DNA of 64,000 nt from Dimorphilus gyrociliatus. Its lineage: Eukaryota; Animalia; Annelida. Position numbers and translations under genes: made by a program. The DNA lies in the NCBI GenBank assembly GCA_904063045.1, contig CAJFCJ010000008.1, forward strand, positions 1,540,097 to 1,604,096, read 5' to 3'. Positions 12,160 to 25,400 of this stretch are shown here, piece by piece. The notes beneath the pieces were generated by a model. The model made no database searches and was not told the origin of the DNA. It saw nothing but the letters and a program-made list of their open reading frames with translations. How positions within the stretch are numbered: position 1 is the first letter of the stretch; each line of letters opens with the position of its first letter.

Positions 12160-15100
12160 TTAAGATAGTTATTATTGAAAAAATTTAAGAAGAAGAGGAA
12201 GAAACCAAAATGTAACTTTTTCTTTATATTTGTTCCCTTAAACTTTTTCTCTACCTCGTATGGTATTTGTTAAAATTCTTCTTATCTCAAAAAAAAAAAG
12301 AGATCAGATAGAATTTTTCTTGATTTTAAACAATTTATCTGTAAAATATACTATCCATATATTGCAGGCTATTTTTCAATAATAGTATTTTATTCGTTAT
12401 TTTTTATATTTAACTTTTCATCAGGAAATTTGAATGAAAACTTCATTATTATTGTACACTTTTCTACTATTTTTATATATTTATGTAGTGTATTTTTTAA
12501 CAAAAAAAAATAATTCTCAATCACGGAGAGAATCTGTTTTTGCAAAAATAGAAGAATTTTTATGTTCCTTTAATTTTTTTTCTATTTTTTTTTACTTACT
12601 TTTATCCATTTATCTTTACAAATGTTGAGAAAAGATATAAAGTTCTATCAAAAGAAAATTCGGAGATGATTTTTTAATTTAAAAAAATTTCCTAATATAA
12701 TTTATATTTATATATATATTTACACATATATTTATTACTTATAGACTAATTGTAATCTGCATGAATTTTAACTTATCATATAAGATGAAATTTTTTAAAG
12801 TACAATAACCTTCAAATTATTTTTACTTCCACGCTAAATATATATAATTTATATATATATATATATATATATATACAGTATATATACAGTATATATACTT
12901 TATATATATTTTTAATTACCTTAAATTGTTTATAAAACTAAATAAAGTATATATTCCATATAAATATGCATAAATATTTCACGAAATGAATAAAAAATTT
13001 TACTTCACACTCTATTCTTATAAACAAGAAAACGAAATTGATGGAGGAAGATAAAAAGCCATATTAGTTTATAACTACACGTGATACCTGTAACTTTTAT
13101 CATACCAAATGCTGAAAGGTTTATTTACTTGACTACATAAAACTACTCTTTACATCTTTTTAAGTAAAATGCCATTTTTGTCTCATAATTATGCTGCAAA
13201 ATAGCCATTGCCCGAATAATCATTTTTTTAAAGAAGTAAGACAACACCGAATAATAGAATATCTCTTACGACAAAAAACTTTGATATTCATATACAAACA
13301 ACTTTAATATTCGTTGATCATAGTAGGAAAGTGTTAAAAAAATACTAAAATCCGAAATTCTTCTCATTAAAAATGCATTTAAAGATACAAGTGGAGTAAA
13401 AACTTTCTGCAAATAATTAATTTATTATGAAAATCATGAATATCTTCAAAAAGAACATTTTCTTTTATACTAATATGTTTTCTTTATTCTAATACTCAAG
13501 AACTGATCTGTTCTTCCCTTTTGAGAATATTCATATTAAAGACCTCTTTACTTGACTTTGAAAATAAAACAATAATCCTATTTATTTTTTAATTACAAAC
13601 TTTGATGGGTAGAATTACTACCTACATATCTGATAATAGATCAATTCAGTGATTATCTGTTGATGAAGATTGCTATTAAAACTGTCTCTTTTTAACCAAT
13701 TAATAGTTATCGACGTGGGTGTATGTATATTAAATTAGCATGATCAATCAATTTAAGAAAAGACGCCATCTGTTGTAACAAATATTTTTACTTCATTTTT
13801 TTATTTTAAAGACAACAGATAAAGTTATCAAGAAAGAATCTTATATTCAAATGTCTTATAGGAAATATTAGTATTCAAAAAGAACTACATAATATTGGGT
13901 AATATTCATAATACTTTCAATGATAACAAATAATCTTATAAATGCTCTCAACGAACTTGAAATGACTTATTATTAGTAGTATGATTGTAATGAATGTACG
14001 TCATTGGTATTAACGATTAGTCAACATAAATTCCATTTACTTGTTATCGTAATATTATTCCCAAAGTTAGACGTTTTATTTGTGAGAAGGAATAAAAAAA
14101 CTATCACTTATTCATTTCTTCTTCAGCGGAAATTTATAAAGTTTTTTGTCATTTCCAGAGGGGGAAAATAAACTTTAATAAGATGGATTCGATGTCATAA
14201 ATACAATTTGCTTGTCAGAAAAAGACTTAAAAATAACTAGAATGAGCGAGGTACCTGACAAACAATAAGTTTTCATCAAGAGCACATAATTCATAATTCA
14301 TTTTTAGTGGACAAAATTCTTAGTTGAGGACAGGATTCAATGTAATTGTTTTAATGCTCAGTAACTATAAATATTTCACTAGACCGGAAAAAACGACGAG
14401 AGGAGAAAGAAAAAGTAGGAAGAGTGTATAATAAGCATAAGTTAGAGAAGTAGACAAAAGTGAAGAAACAAAGGAAAAAAACGTCGACTGATAAAGATTA
14501 TGCATACAAAAAGGACAATAACTGAACATTCGCTGTGCTGATTGGGTCTGAAAGTAAATATTATATTTTTGACTAGCTTGCATTTTTATATACTTAAGCA
14601 CTAGGGAATATCGTAGTATATTATTTTAACAATAATGAGGAACGTCACAAAAAACAAAAGATCTTAAAGAACTTTATAAATTTATTTAAATGGATACTAC
14701 TGTTAAAATAACAACTTTTATTATTTCTATATAAATAGTAATATAATGTTACTCATACTATTGATAAGAAATTGTACTAATTACGAGTAATTAATTCTCA
14801 TGATCATAAATAATTGAAAATATTTATACCAATGATATAATAAATAATAAAGAGTAGTATTCTTAAAAATAATAACTTCTCTCGGGCAATTTATCAGATT
14901 TTTCGTTGGGGAGCTTATTACAAAATTACCTAAAATTGAGTTAGTAAGAGCATAGATGGCAGCACACATATATTTACTATTCTACTTTTCTAGCCAGTTT
15001 GCCGTTAATCTATTTTGATCCGTTGTATCCTAATTTTAGGTGACATTCCGCTAAATAACTATTTAGAAAGGCAACTATGCACTACTGAGAATTTTTTGAG

Positions 15101-17592
15101 CTTTTTAAAAATACATCATAAATATATTCTGGTATAACTATTCATCCATTAGTTGTTTTGTAAAAAAAATTTATCTAATATAATGTATATATGCTTATAG
15201 ATTTCGACAAAACAGTTTCTTTGATTATCTATTGGACATGTGTAGATACATGCGTTTACACGCTTCAAGCTAATATGAATATACCATACACGATTGATAT
15301 AAAATGTATGCATTAAAAAATTTTTGTACGTTTGGTTGACAATTGCACACAACTTTAGAGGATTGAAGGGAGAGAAGAGAAAACAAGCCTGTATATACTA
15401 ATATACATAGCATACATTCATATCAATGAAATACACTATGTTAAAAATACGCACTGATTAACATTTTGAAGAGTTTTGTTGCGCATTTTACGCAATTAGT
15501 ACATAAATATAACATAAATGATATAACATAAATGGTACCATCGTACATTAAAAAGCATGATGGTACATTGAATAAAATGGTATATACGAGAGTAAAGTCA
15601 ATTTCCGAGAAATTTATTCCCTAGAAAACTTATCCAAAGATGAAAAAAAGTTAAATAATATTAAATGGAATAAAAACAGGAAATAATTACTAGAATGTAA
15701 ATTATTTAATAGTTTTCTTCAGTCATTCATATATTCTAAAAGCCGGTTTTGCAACATGACAGGATTATAGAATAGAGCTGTTCATGTATCGAAATACTAA
15801 CTGTTAGCAAACATGGTTGATAATAAATTTTCTAAACAAAAAACCAGTTGAAATAAAAACTTTTTTTTATGTTCGGTATTAACAGTAAAGAGATTAGCAT
15901 TACTCCATTTTTAATGAAAAACTAAGAGTCAAAGCCATTCTGATTATATATAGACAAAATGTATTGATTATCAGTAAAGCACTAAAGAGTAGTAAACTTC
16001 ACGGTGATGAATCAGATGCATAGGAACAGTAAGTGTCTATCACTTGTTTACAAAATGAAAACAGTGATGTATTGAAAGAAGGCAAGTAGTTACTGAAATT
16101 GTCTACAATATGAAGTTGGAAGAATTAACAGATAGTCAACACAACCTCAGCCAAAAATAAATGTTTCGGCTCAAATAGCCCATAGACAAAGAATTTTTCT
16201 TACCTAAAGAGCTATTAATTAGTCTTTCTTTGAATACATAAATGCAAACCCTATCAGAAGATAAAATTAAGCAAATTATATAGACGGCCTGTTAAAACTT
16301 TATGTCAATACTAAAGTGAGATGAAGAACAAGAAATGACTAAGAAATTAGGAATCTACCTGTCTGTAAACCAGGGTTGTGGTCAACTGGTGACAAAGCAG
16401 TTAGTAGTATTCATGAACTATATAGCAGTAAAGATTTAAATCGAAAAAAGTATGTGATATTTGCAATGTAATTTTCACATAAAGAAATAAACATGTAGAA
16501 GTAGAAGAAAAAGTTGGGTATATTATTTATGGAAAAGAGATAAAAGAAATCTCTTTACAAAGCAGAAAAAATCGAAAAAAAGAAGGTATTGTCTGATTAT
16601 AGAACAATTTCTATAGCATTTTCAGGGATTTTGCTCAAAATATACATTATATTAAGTAATATTAAAAATAAAAGCCATACATCTAGAAAAAGATTTAGAA
16701 ATGACGTCTAAAAAATGTTCCTTGCGCATATATATGTAAATAATTTAACAAAGTCATATTTAAATATATGTACCGATAGTAAATTAGTTGAAATACTATT
16801 TACGTTAATTAAAAACAAAGAGAAATTGAAAAAATTTGCATATATTTATATGAACTCATTGCTTTATATTTTATTTTTAAATCTCTACGTTTCCAAATTA
16901 TCTGCAATATATTCTATATATATTTAGATCTCTGTTTCATGAGCTGCAAGCTCAACATATATAAACATATATATATATATACTAATATAAATTTATATCT
17001 AAATATGGCATAGATCTATATATGTGTCAATACGTATATATATATAAAATTTATACAGTATATATATATTTTCCTTCACACTAAAGTATTAAATATAAAT
17101 AAGTGTATACGTTCTGCAAAAACCTTTCTGTAAATCAATCCATGATGGCATGCAAAGGAGAAGCTGCTAAACGGCTCTATTAAGCGGTCAACTGCTTGTA
17201 TATTTTGTTGGCTTTACAGCTTCAGCATATATTCTCCTTTAACTCTAAGTTTCTTTATTGAAAAGTATGAAAATCTTTACTTATTAGTGATTGCTAATTA
17301 AGAACATCCCAAATGACACTACTCTATTTGGGAAATGCGAGCTAATATCACAAAATAATAAATAAATGCTTTAGAAAGATATTTTTGACTTTCAAATAAG
17401 GTGAACTAAAGTAAAATTTCTCAATAATATGTTTTTTTGAAGATAAACATGGATCTGCTTATAATACTTACTGATGTAGAAAGGATATGAGTATAGCAAT
17501 AAAGCCTCTGTTGCAGTATTGGTTTAAGCCGCTTTGCTGCTCAGCTACCGCTTCTTTCAGAGACAGAGGGAAATAAAATATTTGCTCTACAG

Positions 17593-17668
17593 CCAGTGTA
17601 AAGTCAGACTCGCGGCAACTGAGCAGCTGAAAGTGACGCTGTAAATGTGACGCTTTGACCTTGAAGGC
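17593..17668 (+). other. Probable non-coding 5' exon of the GPRIN-like gene
   Basis: Locally GC-rich, acceptor ctctacag| at 17592, consensus donor GC|gtaagt at 17669, stop codons in all three frames. An unpaired acceptor ttttgtgcacag| lies at 21062, 5 nt before the GPRIN ATG. Confidence 0.45.
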
Positions 17669-17848
17669 GTAAGTTTCATATGCATGTTCATTTGTTTATT
17701 AACTTTCGGATCTATAAGTTGGTAAGTGTATAGCATAGATATCCAAAATACGAGTATTAGAGTGTTTTTATGATTTGTTGTATTGTATATTTGGCATATT
17801 TTCCATATTACATATATAAATATTCAAGTACATATATAATTTATACAG

Positions 17849-17887
<39 letters not shown>

Positions 17888-18119
17888 GCACATATATATA
17901 ACATACGACAAGGCATATATATATTCATGTACATGTATATTTCTCGAAGTAGATCTTCAGTACACTGTGAGAAGCACGTTTGTATGCAGTATACATAGCT
18001 TTATATATCCTATATGAACTATTCATACTTCTAATTTATAAGTCTACAAGAAAATAAACGAACATGTACAAAAATAAATCCTTTTGTTCTATATAAATTT
18101 AGCACATGTAAATAAGCGA

Positions 18120-18122
<3 letters not shown>

Positions 18123-18164
<42 letters not shown>
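18123..18164. repeat. (TA)n microsatellite; similar runs near 12850, 17861, 18266, 22344 and 48371
   Basis: About 21 TA units read directly. Confidence 0.95.
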
Positions 18165-18168
<4 letters not shown>

Positions 18169-18565
18169 TAGACACTGAATATGTAACAGATATTCTTATG
18201 ATAAAACAACACCCATATTTTATAAAAGAAATTGTTCATGAACACCTACCAGCTGATTTATGTATTATATATATATATATATATATATATTCGTAGAATA
18301 TCATGTCTAGTATTCTGTTTTTAAACTGCATAGTTATTATATCTATCTAAATATACATAGGCGTTTTAAATGCTTAATCTTCATTAAATTTTGGCGTAAT
18401 ACTAATTATTAGGAAAATGACACCCGTTGAGTAATTTAAGGTTTCTATCGAAGAAAATTTTACGAGTTATTCTAGACCACATGAAAGGCAAAAAGTAGAA
18501 AATATTCTTTCACAGAAAGCTAGCTCAACAACAATGCTTTTCAAAGATCATCAGCTATGTAATTT

Positions 18566-18579
18566 GTTACCATAGTAAC
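18566..18579. promoter_or_regulatory. RFX X-box motif GTTACCATAGTAAC
   Basis: Fits the X-box consensus GTNNYY-AT-RRNAAC at every position. Confidence 0.5.
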
Positions 18580-21067
18580 GACCTTTGAACTATAAGACGG
18601 AATAATTGTAATTTCACCGACGATCGCAAACAAACCCTGTCTTATTATTTAATGAATGACAGAATTACATGAAGAAAAAGCAAATCGGTGATAAAGTCTG
18701 AGTGTTGCTTTTTTATTGATTAGTTAGCTGTCTGTTTTAAGGTTGTAAGAAACTGTAGAAATTGTTTCAATGGTTAATCCTGATAACGACGTTAGACGAC
18801 AATTAATTAGTTTCTAAACAATATACTGACAATAAATAATCGAAAAAGACCAGTAGATATCGAATTTTGATCTGTCATTGTTTAACAGCTGTCATTAATT
18901 TTCTTCGAATATTTTTAGTATTAAGAGATCTCGAAAAGCGCCAAAAAATGCATCTATGTACATTTACATTTTCTAAGTAATTTCTCTTCCAATCGAAATT
19001 TATTTGTAGCCTTTTCTTTACAAGGTTAAGGTCTGCTTTAGCCTTTGGGTTTACAAATATCAATTGCAGATCAATTAATAGATCATTATTTTAACCTTAT
19101 AAACTCTATATACGTTTACTAAACCATTATGAATTAAAGTAATTTTTGAGTATATTACTCTTGGTAAATCATAAGAATTATTTATTACTTCTTTTAAGCT
19201 ATAAGCTTTCTTTTCATCTTTTTTATGCTTTCTCTTTTTACCTTTACTAACTTCGTCTATCGACCTTCCATCATCATGGAATTGAATACAGCCGATTTAA
19301 AATGAATATATGAGAGAGAGAGAGAGAATGTGTTTGCAAGAATAATAGAAAAGTACAGTGACAGAAGGTAAAAAAAAGGGAAATTAAAAAAATTGATTAA
19401 AATTAAAAGAAAAATGAATAAAATGGCTATCTGACGAAAAAGAAATAAAAGCAAAGAAATTAATTACAGAAAAACGATAAATTACATGAATAATTGAATA
19501 ATCTTTGGAACTGTATCATTTAACTTTTGGCAAACTGTGAAGGCTCTACACGATTTTTTCATTAAAGCTGCACATTTTTTCTTTTTCTTTGGTTATTATG
19601 AAATTAAACTAACTTTTTATCTCTACTTTCACTCCCATGTTGTCTGTCTTCATCTCCCTTTAAAATTCGTTTGCCCCCTCATCTACCTACCTCTTCCGTC
19701 CCTCTCCTCCCCTCTCTCTATATTGTCTAATTTTTATATCTCTTTCTGCATTTTACTTTCAATTGAATTAAGAAATTTTCTTTATAAAAAAAAGTAATTG
19801 AATTTAAAATCAAATTATCTATTCGGGACACAGCCGAAAGAAATTTGCGAAATTTGTTGGACTTTTTACGGTTGTTTATTTTGATTTAAGCCTCTTTTCG
19901 ATATAAAAATTCCAATTTACTTCTGTAGATTTCATTCTCCATTAACTTTAAAGAGAAACAAAAAATGCCTATTTAAAACTGTAATTGGCTTCCCTGTAAT
20001 CTAGTCAGTGCTCGAGCCATCGGTATACATATATTATAATACAATAAAGCATCTACGAATTGATTACTTTTCATGAATACTTCATGCAATCCATCTTTAT
20101 GGATATTTTCGACCTTTCATTTCATTTACGGAGGAAGTTAATTTGTTTCGAGCGGTTGCTTGCAATGAAATTTCCTATCAGTAAAAATAAAAATGTAAGC
20201 AATGAAGTTTTACGATGGTAAGACCTCAGATTTTTAAGACCGATAGAATGTAAACAAATGTAAAAAATATGTGAAAAAAAATTCTTGGAATAGTTTTTTT
20301 GCTTCTAACTAAATTTTCTTCCTGTTTCTCATCATTATCATTTTGCGTGCCTAGAATCCGATTGCATTTACACATTTACCGTCATAAAAATGAATTGCAC
20401 CATTTAGATGTTAGGAAAATCGCTTTTTAGCGTTACTCAAGATATTTTGAAATGATGGCTCAATATTTGAGATAATACATTCAAATCGATAAATCCGAGA
20501 ATGGAATAAATAGAATAAAAAGGCCTATTTCAAAAGAGACAATGATAATACTCGACTTGTTCCAGAAAGGAAGGAGAATTAATCGATAAAAGCCTTAATA
20601 TCTTGGGAAAATATTGTTTTTATTAAGGAATTTAGTAGATAAAGTAATATTCTGTTGGTGTGTGGGCGGTTGGTTTACGACTGCTGATATTTTGTAAACT
20701 CTAGAGAATACAGAATACAACTAAATACGATCAGAAAAAGATATATCAGGGATTTACGTGATCATTGCTCCCATAAACTCTTAAAGGGTTAGGATAAATG
20801 AAAAATATTCGCGCCAATAGACGTCTAAAAAACCGTTTAGAAGCTACAGAAGATTTTTGCCTAACACAAAATAATTCCACTTAATTAAGTTGTCCGGAAA
20901 AAGCCTATTGATTTTTCTTCTATTGCAGAAATTTTCCAGTTTCTTTCCCCTTCTATCTTTTTATTTGTTTTAATTTGTTTCTATCTTTTTTACTACTTAG
21001 AATAAAAACTTGTACTAATTAACTTGGCATTTGTAAACTTTAACGTGTCTTTTTGTGCACAGTTATC

Positions 21068-21916
21068 ATGCCGGGAGACGCCCGTAGGAAACGGTTTTTA
21101 TACCAGCGTTCTCAGACGTTGCCGGCGGAAGATGCTGGTGAATCTCTATTAGAAAGGGGAGAGGAAAAAGAATTGAGAAAACCTAGTGGCAGTATAAGAC
21201 GAACGCAATTTAAGCAGAGGAGATCAATAACGTTGAGTGAGGCGCCTGTTTTGAGGCCAAATGATTCTCAAAGGACATCTTCCAGGACTACACCAACCGA
21301 ACTCTTTCATAAAATGAGGGACAAAATTCAACAAAAATTATTCCAGACCGAATGGCCTAATGCTGCCGTAATAGTAGAAGATCGACGGCAAAGGGCATTA
21401 GAGGCCCTTGAGGCCTCAATAGGAGCGCAGGAGACGCCACAAACTAGTAAAAAGGAATTAATTTGGGAAAAAATCGAATTGAAGGAAGTTTCAGCCCTGA
21501 CCGGTGCTAAATACAAATATTCGCCAACAAAGGTACCAAAATCAGACCTACCTAGACCAAAATCTTGTTCAGAAGACCCTCGGCCTAAAATGTCACAATC
21601 GAAATCCGATTTTCAACCGTCCACATCATCGAGCTCTCCAATCGAACAAAGAGAAATAATTCTCGATGCTAAAGCCCAGGCAAGGCTTCAGAGTGAAAAA
21701 TCTATCCCAGATGTCGTGTTTGATGATCATGGTCAAACATGGGATGTTTACGGGGCAGAATTTGATCCCGAAATCCTAGGTCAAGCTATACAAAATCACT
21801 TACGAGAATTAATGAACGGAAAAGAGGAGAAAAAACAAGAAAGATCGAGGTCTCAAGGCTTTTGGTTCAAGCTGTTTTGCTTGTTCCGGCAGACACCCGA
21901 AGAGGCGTCTGCTTAA
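21068..21916 (+). CDS. GPRIN (G-protein-regulated inducer of neurite outgrowth) family protein, single coding exon, 282 aa
   Basis: C-terminal PDVVFDDHGQTWDVYGAEFDPEILGQAIQNHL matches the GRIN_C signature (WDE.G.TWEVYGA...EVLG.AIQKHL). ATG at 21068 lies just after an acceptor site. Confidence 0.88.
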   Translation: MPGDARRKRFLYQRSQTLPAEDAGESLLERGEEKELRKPSGSIRRTQFKQRRSITLSEAPVLRPNDSQRTSSRTTPTELFHKMRDKIQQKLFQTEWPNAAVIVEDRRQRALEALEASIGAQETPQTSKKELIWEKIELKEVSALTGAKYKYSPTKVPKSDLPRPKSCSEDPRPKMSQSKSDFQPSTSSSSPIEQREIILDAKAQARLQSEKSIPDVVFDDHGQTWDVYGAEFDPEILGQAIQNHLRELMNGKEEKKQERSRSQGFWFKLFCLFRQTPEEASA

Positions 21917-22420
21917 CTTATTAGAGAAAAATATCCTATTCGTAAAAGCAAAAACGAAATGCTCTAAAACTGAATTTGCATCTTGGATTTTTGTGTTAAT
22001 AAAATATACCTACACATCTGGGAACTTATTCGCCTACTCTGTTTTCATATCTCTTACATGGATTAATTAGTTAATTATTGAAGAGAAAAATGAAAATCTC
22101 TCAAATGAGCCACAGATTAGCCATAGAACGAAAAAAAACACGACAAAAAAATACATATATAAGATTTCTGGAATCACCTTTTAACAGAAAATGATAAGTT
22201 TAATATTAATAGGACGAAATACAATCTGGAAATTCTGCTCCTTGTACTATTCAGTAGCACTTTAAGGGATTAATGATCAATAATGAAGCAAACAAATGAA
22301 GGAAAGAAGGGGAATGGCAGGGTGAAGTGTAAGGAAAAATTACATATATATATATATATATATATATACACTGTATATAGTTTTAATGTAATATGTACTA
22401 CATGCTAATACATATGTATA

Positions 22421-22489
22421 TATAATTATATATACTGTATATATATAATTATATATACTGTATATATATAATTATATATACGGTATATA
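22421..22489. repeat. Tandem repeat, 3 x 23 nt (TATAATTATATATACTGTATATA)
   Basis: Units start at 22421, 22444 and 22467; the third has one T>G change. Confidence 0.9.
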
Positions 22490-25400
22490 TATATATATAC
22501 ATATATATACAAAGTGTATGTAGGGAGAAAGATTGAGGGAATGTAGGCGAAAGAAATAAAACGTGCACGAAAGTTAAATATTGGGAAAACAGTAGAAAAT
22601 TTATTTGTTTCAAGTATTCTGCTTTCTTATTTGTATTCTACAAATTAAAACTAGTTGAATTTGAGAAACAATTTCTCCTACTTTTAGATAAATAGTCGCA
22701 TAAAAAATATATACATTAAAAAAGCTAAATTTGCAGAAAAAACCAATTGGGAGAGGTATCGAACAATAAATTTCTACTATCGGGCTGCTGTTAGTCGTAA
22801 AAGATGTTGATGATAGCAGCTTTGACATATCTAGGTCAAACAGTATGCCACATTCTTGAAAATGGTCATATCATCTCAGTGTAATTAAAAATGACATCTA
22901 ATTTGCACATTTAAAGGATACAGAGTAATAAAGATGAATATAATACGAAAGAATACTTATCGTAAATACAGTGTATAAAAGTGTATGAAATTTGTGTGCA
23001 TACGTCTATAGACATTGTATGCCTGCTACCTTTTTATACAAAGCTCACGATATCTATACGAATCCGAAACAATTGGCATTTCTATTCGATATATCGATAA
23101 TGTGACCACTGATGCACGTTCAATACGTACTATTTTTTAAGTGATACGTTAATTATATCTCTTTCTCTCCATCCATCTTACTCTCTCTTCCTTATATTTT
23201 CTATCACTCTACCTTTCTACTCCCTATAATTTTGCTGCATATTTCTCAGAGCATTTAAAATGACATTTTCCTATTTTGGGAAGAAGTAATTTGATAGTAT
23301 GATGTTTTTTTTAACATAAAAGAAGGGAACTTTCGATTTATATAAGTATATTGTGTTTTCATTGTTTTTGCCTTTTTGGGCTCATCGTGATTATAAAACA
23401 GAAACTCCATATAGATTTATTATTGTTTATCCGGTATATATAGTAATATATACTTATTGTAAGTTGTATTGTATATTTCATATAAAGAAAATTTGTTAAA
23501 TTTTACAAAATTCCAAAGAAAAATATTTACATCGATATTTTTTTATTTGATATGCTATTTTCACTTTCAATATAAACAATAAATATGACAATTTTTTATA
23601 GTAGACCGGTATTTTTCATATACAGTACATTTACAATGTACGCACGAATTTTTTCTATATAGATTTTTTATCTATATAATGTACTGCATTAGTTTGTATC
23701 ATTTATATACCCACTATCTTTTTTAGATGAACCTTTTTAGTGCTTCTAAAAAAATCCGATTAGCCATCAGAAAAAATCTAGTTGGGGAAGCTTTTTCCAT
23801 CTGTATTGTTTAAAAACTGAATCAGGAAAGAATTAGTTAAAAAGAAACGTGATGTGTCAACTAATTTTAATTGACAGAACACTTTGTAAAGGTTTTAGTT
23901 AATATACTTAATACCCACTGTCTCACATAAAAATCCACACACGTACACACTGATACATGCACAGATATAAGCACATAGACATTATTTAGAAATACGTATG
24001 CTTTTGCTTATATAGCTTCACTGTATAAAAAAGAGAATAGAGGTATATCTAAACCGGAAAAGTATAATTTAATATTTCATGTGAATATTAGCGTAAATAG
24101 TTTATTACACTTGATTTGTAATTTATTAAACTTTTACACGATTATTTTTTAGTTTAGTGATTTTAGAGAGGAGAGAGAAATCGACAAAATAAAAATAAAA
24201 TATGACGGTGAAGGGATATGTGCTGCCCTTAATAAAAACCTTGTAAGGAGAAATTACGGCTTCATTAAATTTAATCTATGTTGCTTCTATGAGTAAAAAA
24301 TAGACGAACTGAAGAGGGTAGTATGAAATTAAATACTTTAATACAAAAGACAGAATGAGGAGGAAAAATTTTCCCTTTTTTTAAGTTCATAATTAATATC
24401 AACACCAGACGAACTCGAAGCGTGTTAATTAATTCTTTCCTTTCCTTTCTTTTTCTTTTTTCTTTTCCAGTTACAAATGATGTTTCTTCTCTGTTTTAAT
24501 GACAGATTAATTTTGCCAGTTTAATCAAGGTTGATAGTGTGTAAAAGGCTCATCTTTTATGCACGTGTCTGCTTCATCAGCTACCGGCAGATAATTAAAA
24601 ATATTTAATTAAGTAACTTCTTATTTGTTATTTTTCTTTATCTAGAGGAAATGAAAAAAATAAGAAATTATGTAATAACAATAGTTAGTAAAACTGGAAG
24701 TTTTATTGGCAATCTGTTGTTGAGTGATATCGATAATACTATTTTTAAACGTTACTATTTATCTAAAGATTTTATATATATACTGTATATATTACATTAC
24801 ATATGTGCTGTATATTACTACTAACAGCTGGACTTAGTGTATACAGAATCCCAGTTGATTACGCTTAATACTAATGAAGTCTGATATTAAGCTCTTAATT
24901 AAATTACCTAACTATTATTGTTGATCAAGAAAGACTAATATCATCTAGTTTCCAAGTTCTTAATATAAATCAATCAATCAATCAATCCATAACAGTAACA
25001 TATAATAAAAATTATCTATACAACTGAAAAGCATTGTAAATATCACAAAGTCTCTATTATAGTCAAAATTATGAAACATTGTTGCAACAAAACTAGTAGC
25101 ATGTGGGATAATTTATTTTTCTCTTAGTTTATAAAGTATGGTTGATTAGAAGAGAACATCGATATTTTACAAAGGAAATAACTGTCTATTATAGCTCCGG
25201 GTCATAATGCAAAAAAGTAAAGATAGCTTTTGTCGGGGGAAATGTATTTTAACTTTCGATACACCACAGACGAATATTTAAGTGATTTTATTGGTGAGAA
25301 TACCAGCTACAACTAGCCGCCAACCATCTTTACCAATGGGGAATAAAACTACTTTAAAGGAAAGAAAAGAAAGGAGTATACAGTAACAAGAAAAACTGCT

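Noticed and set aside
4037-20000. Short hydrophobic ORFs (e.g. 4037-4303, 7325-7567, 12434-12628, 14365-14601, 19257-19454, 19537-19797)
   Set aside because: F/I/L/Y/K-rich translations are expected from AT-rich or pyrimidine-tract DNA, and they have no splice or motif support.
3225-21916. Apparent parallel with the human SYT15-GPRIN2-NPY4R neighbourhood
   Set aside because: The gene here is clearly SYT17-type rather than SYT15, so conserved synteny is not supported.
22421-22489. Tandem repeat as a possible CRISPR-like array
   Set aside because: There are no spacers, it is low-complexity TA sequence, and the context is eukaryotic.
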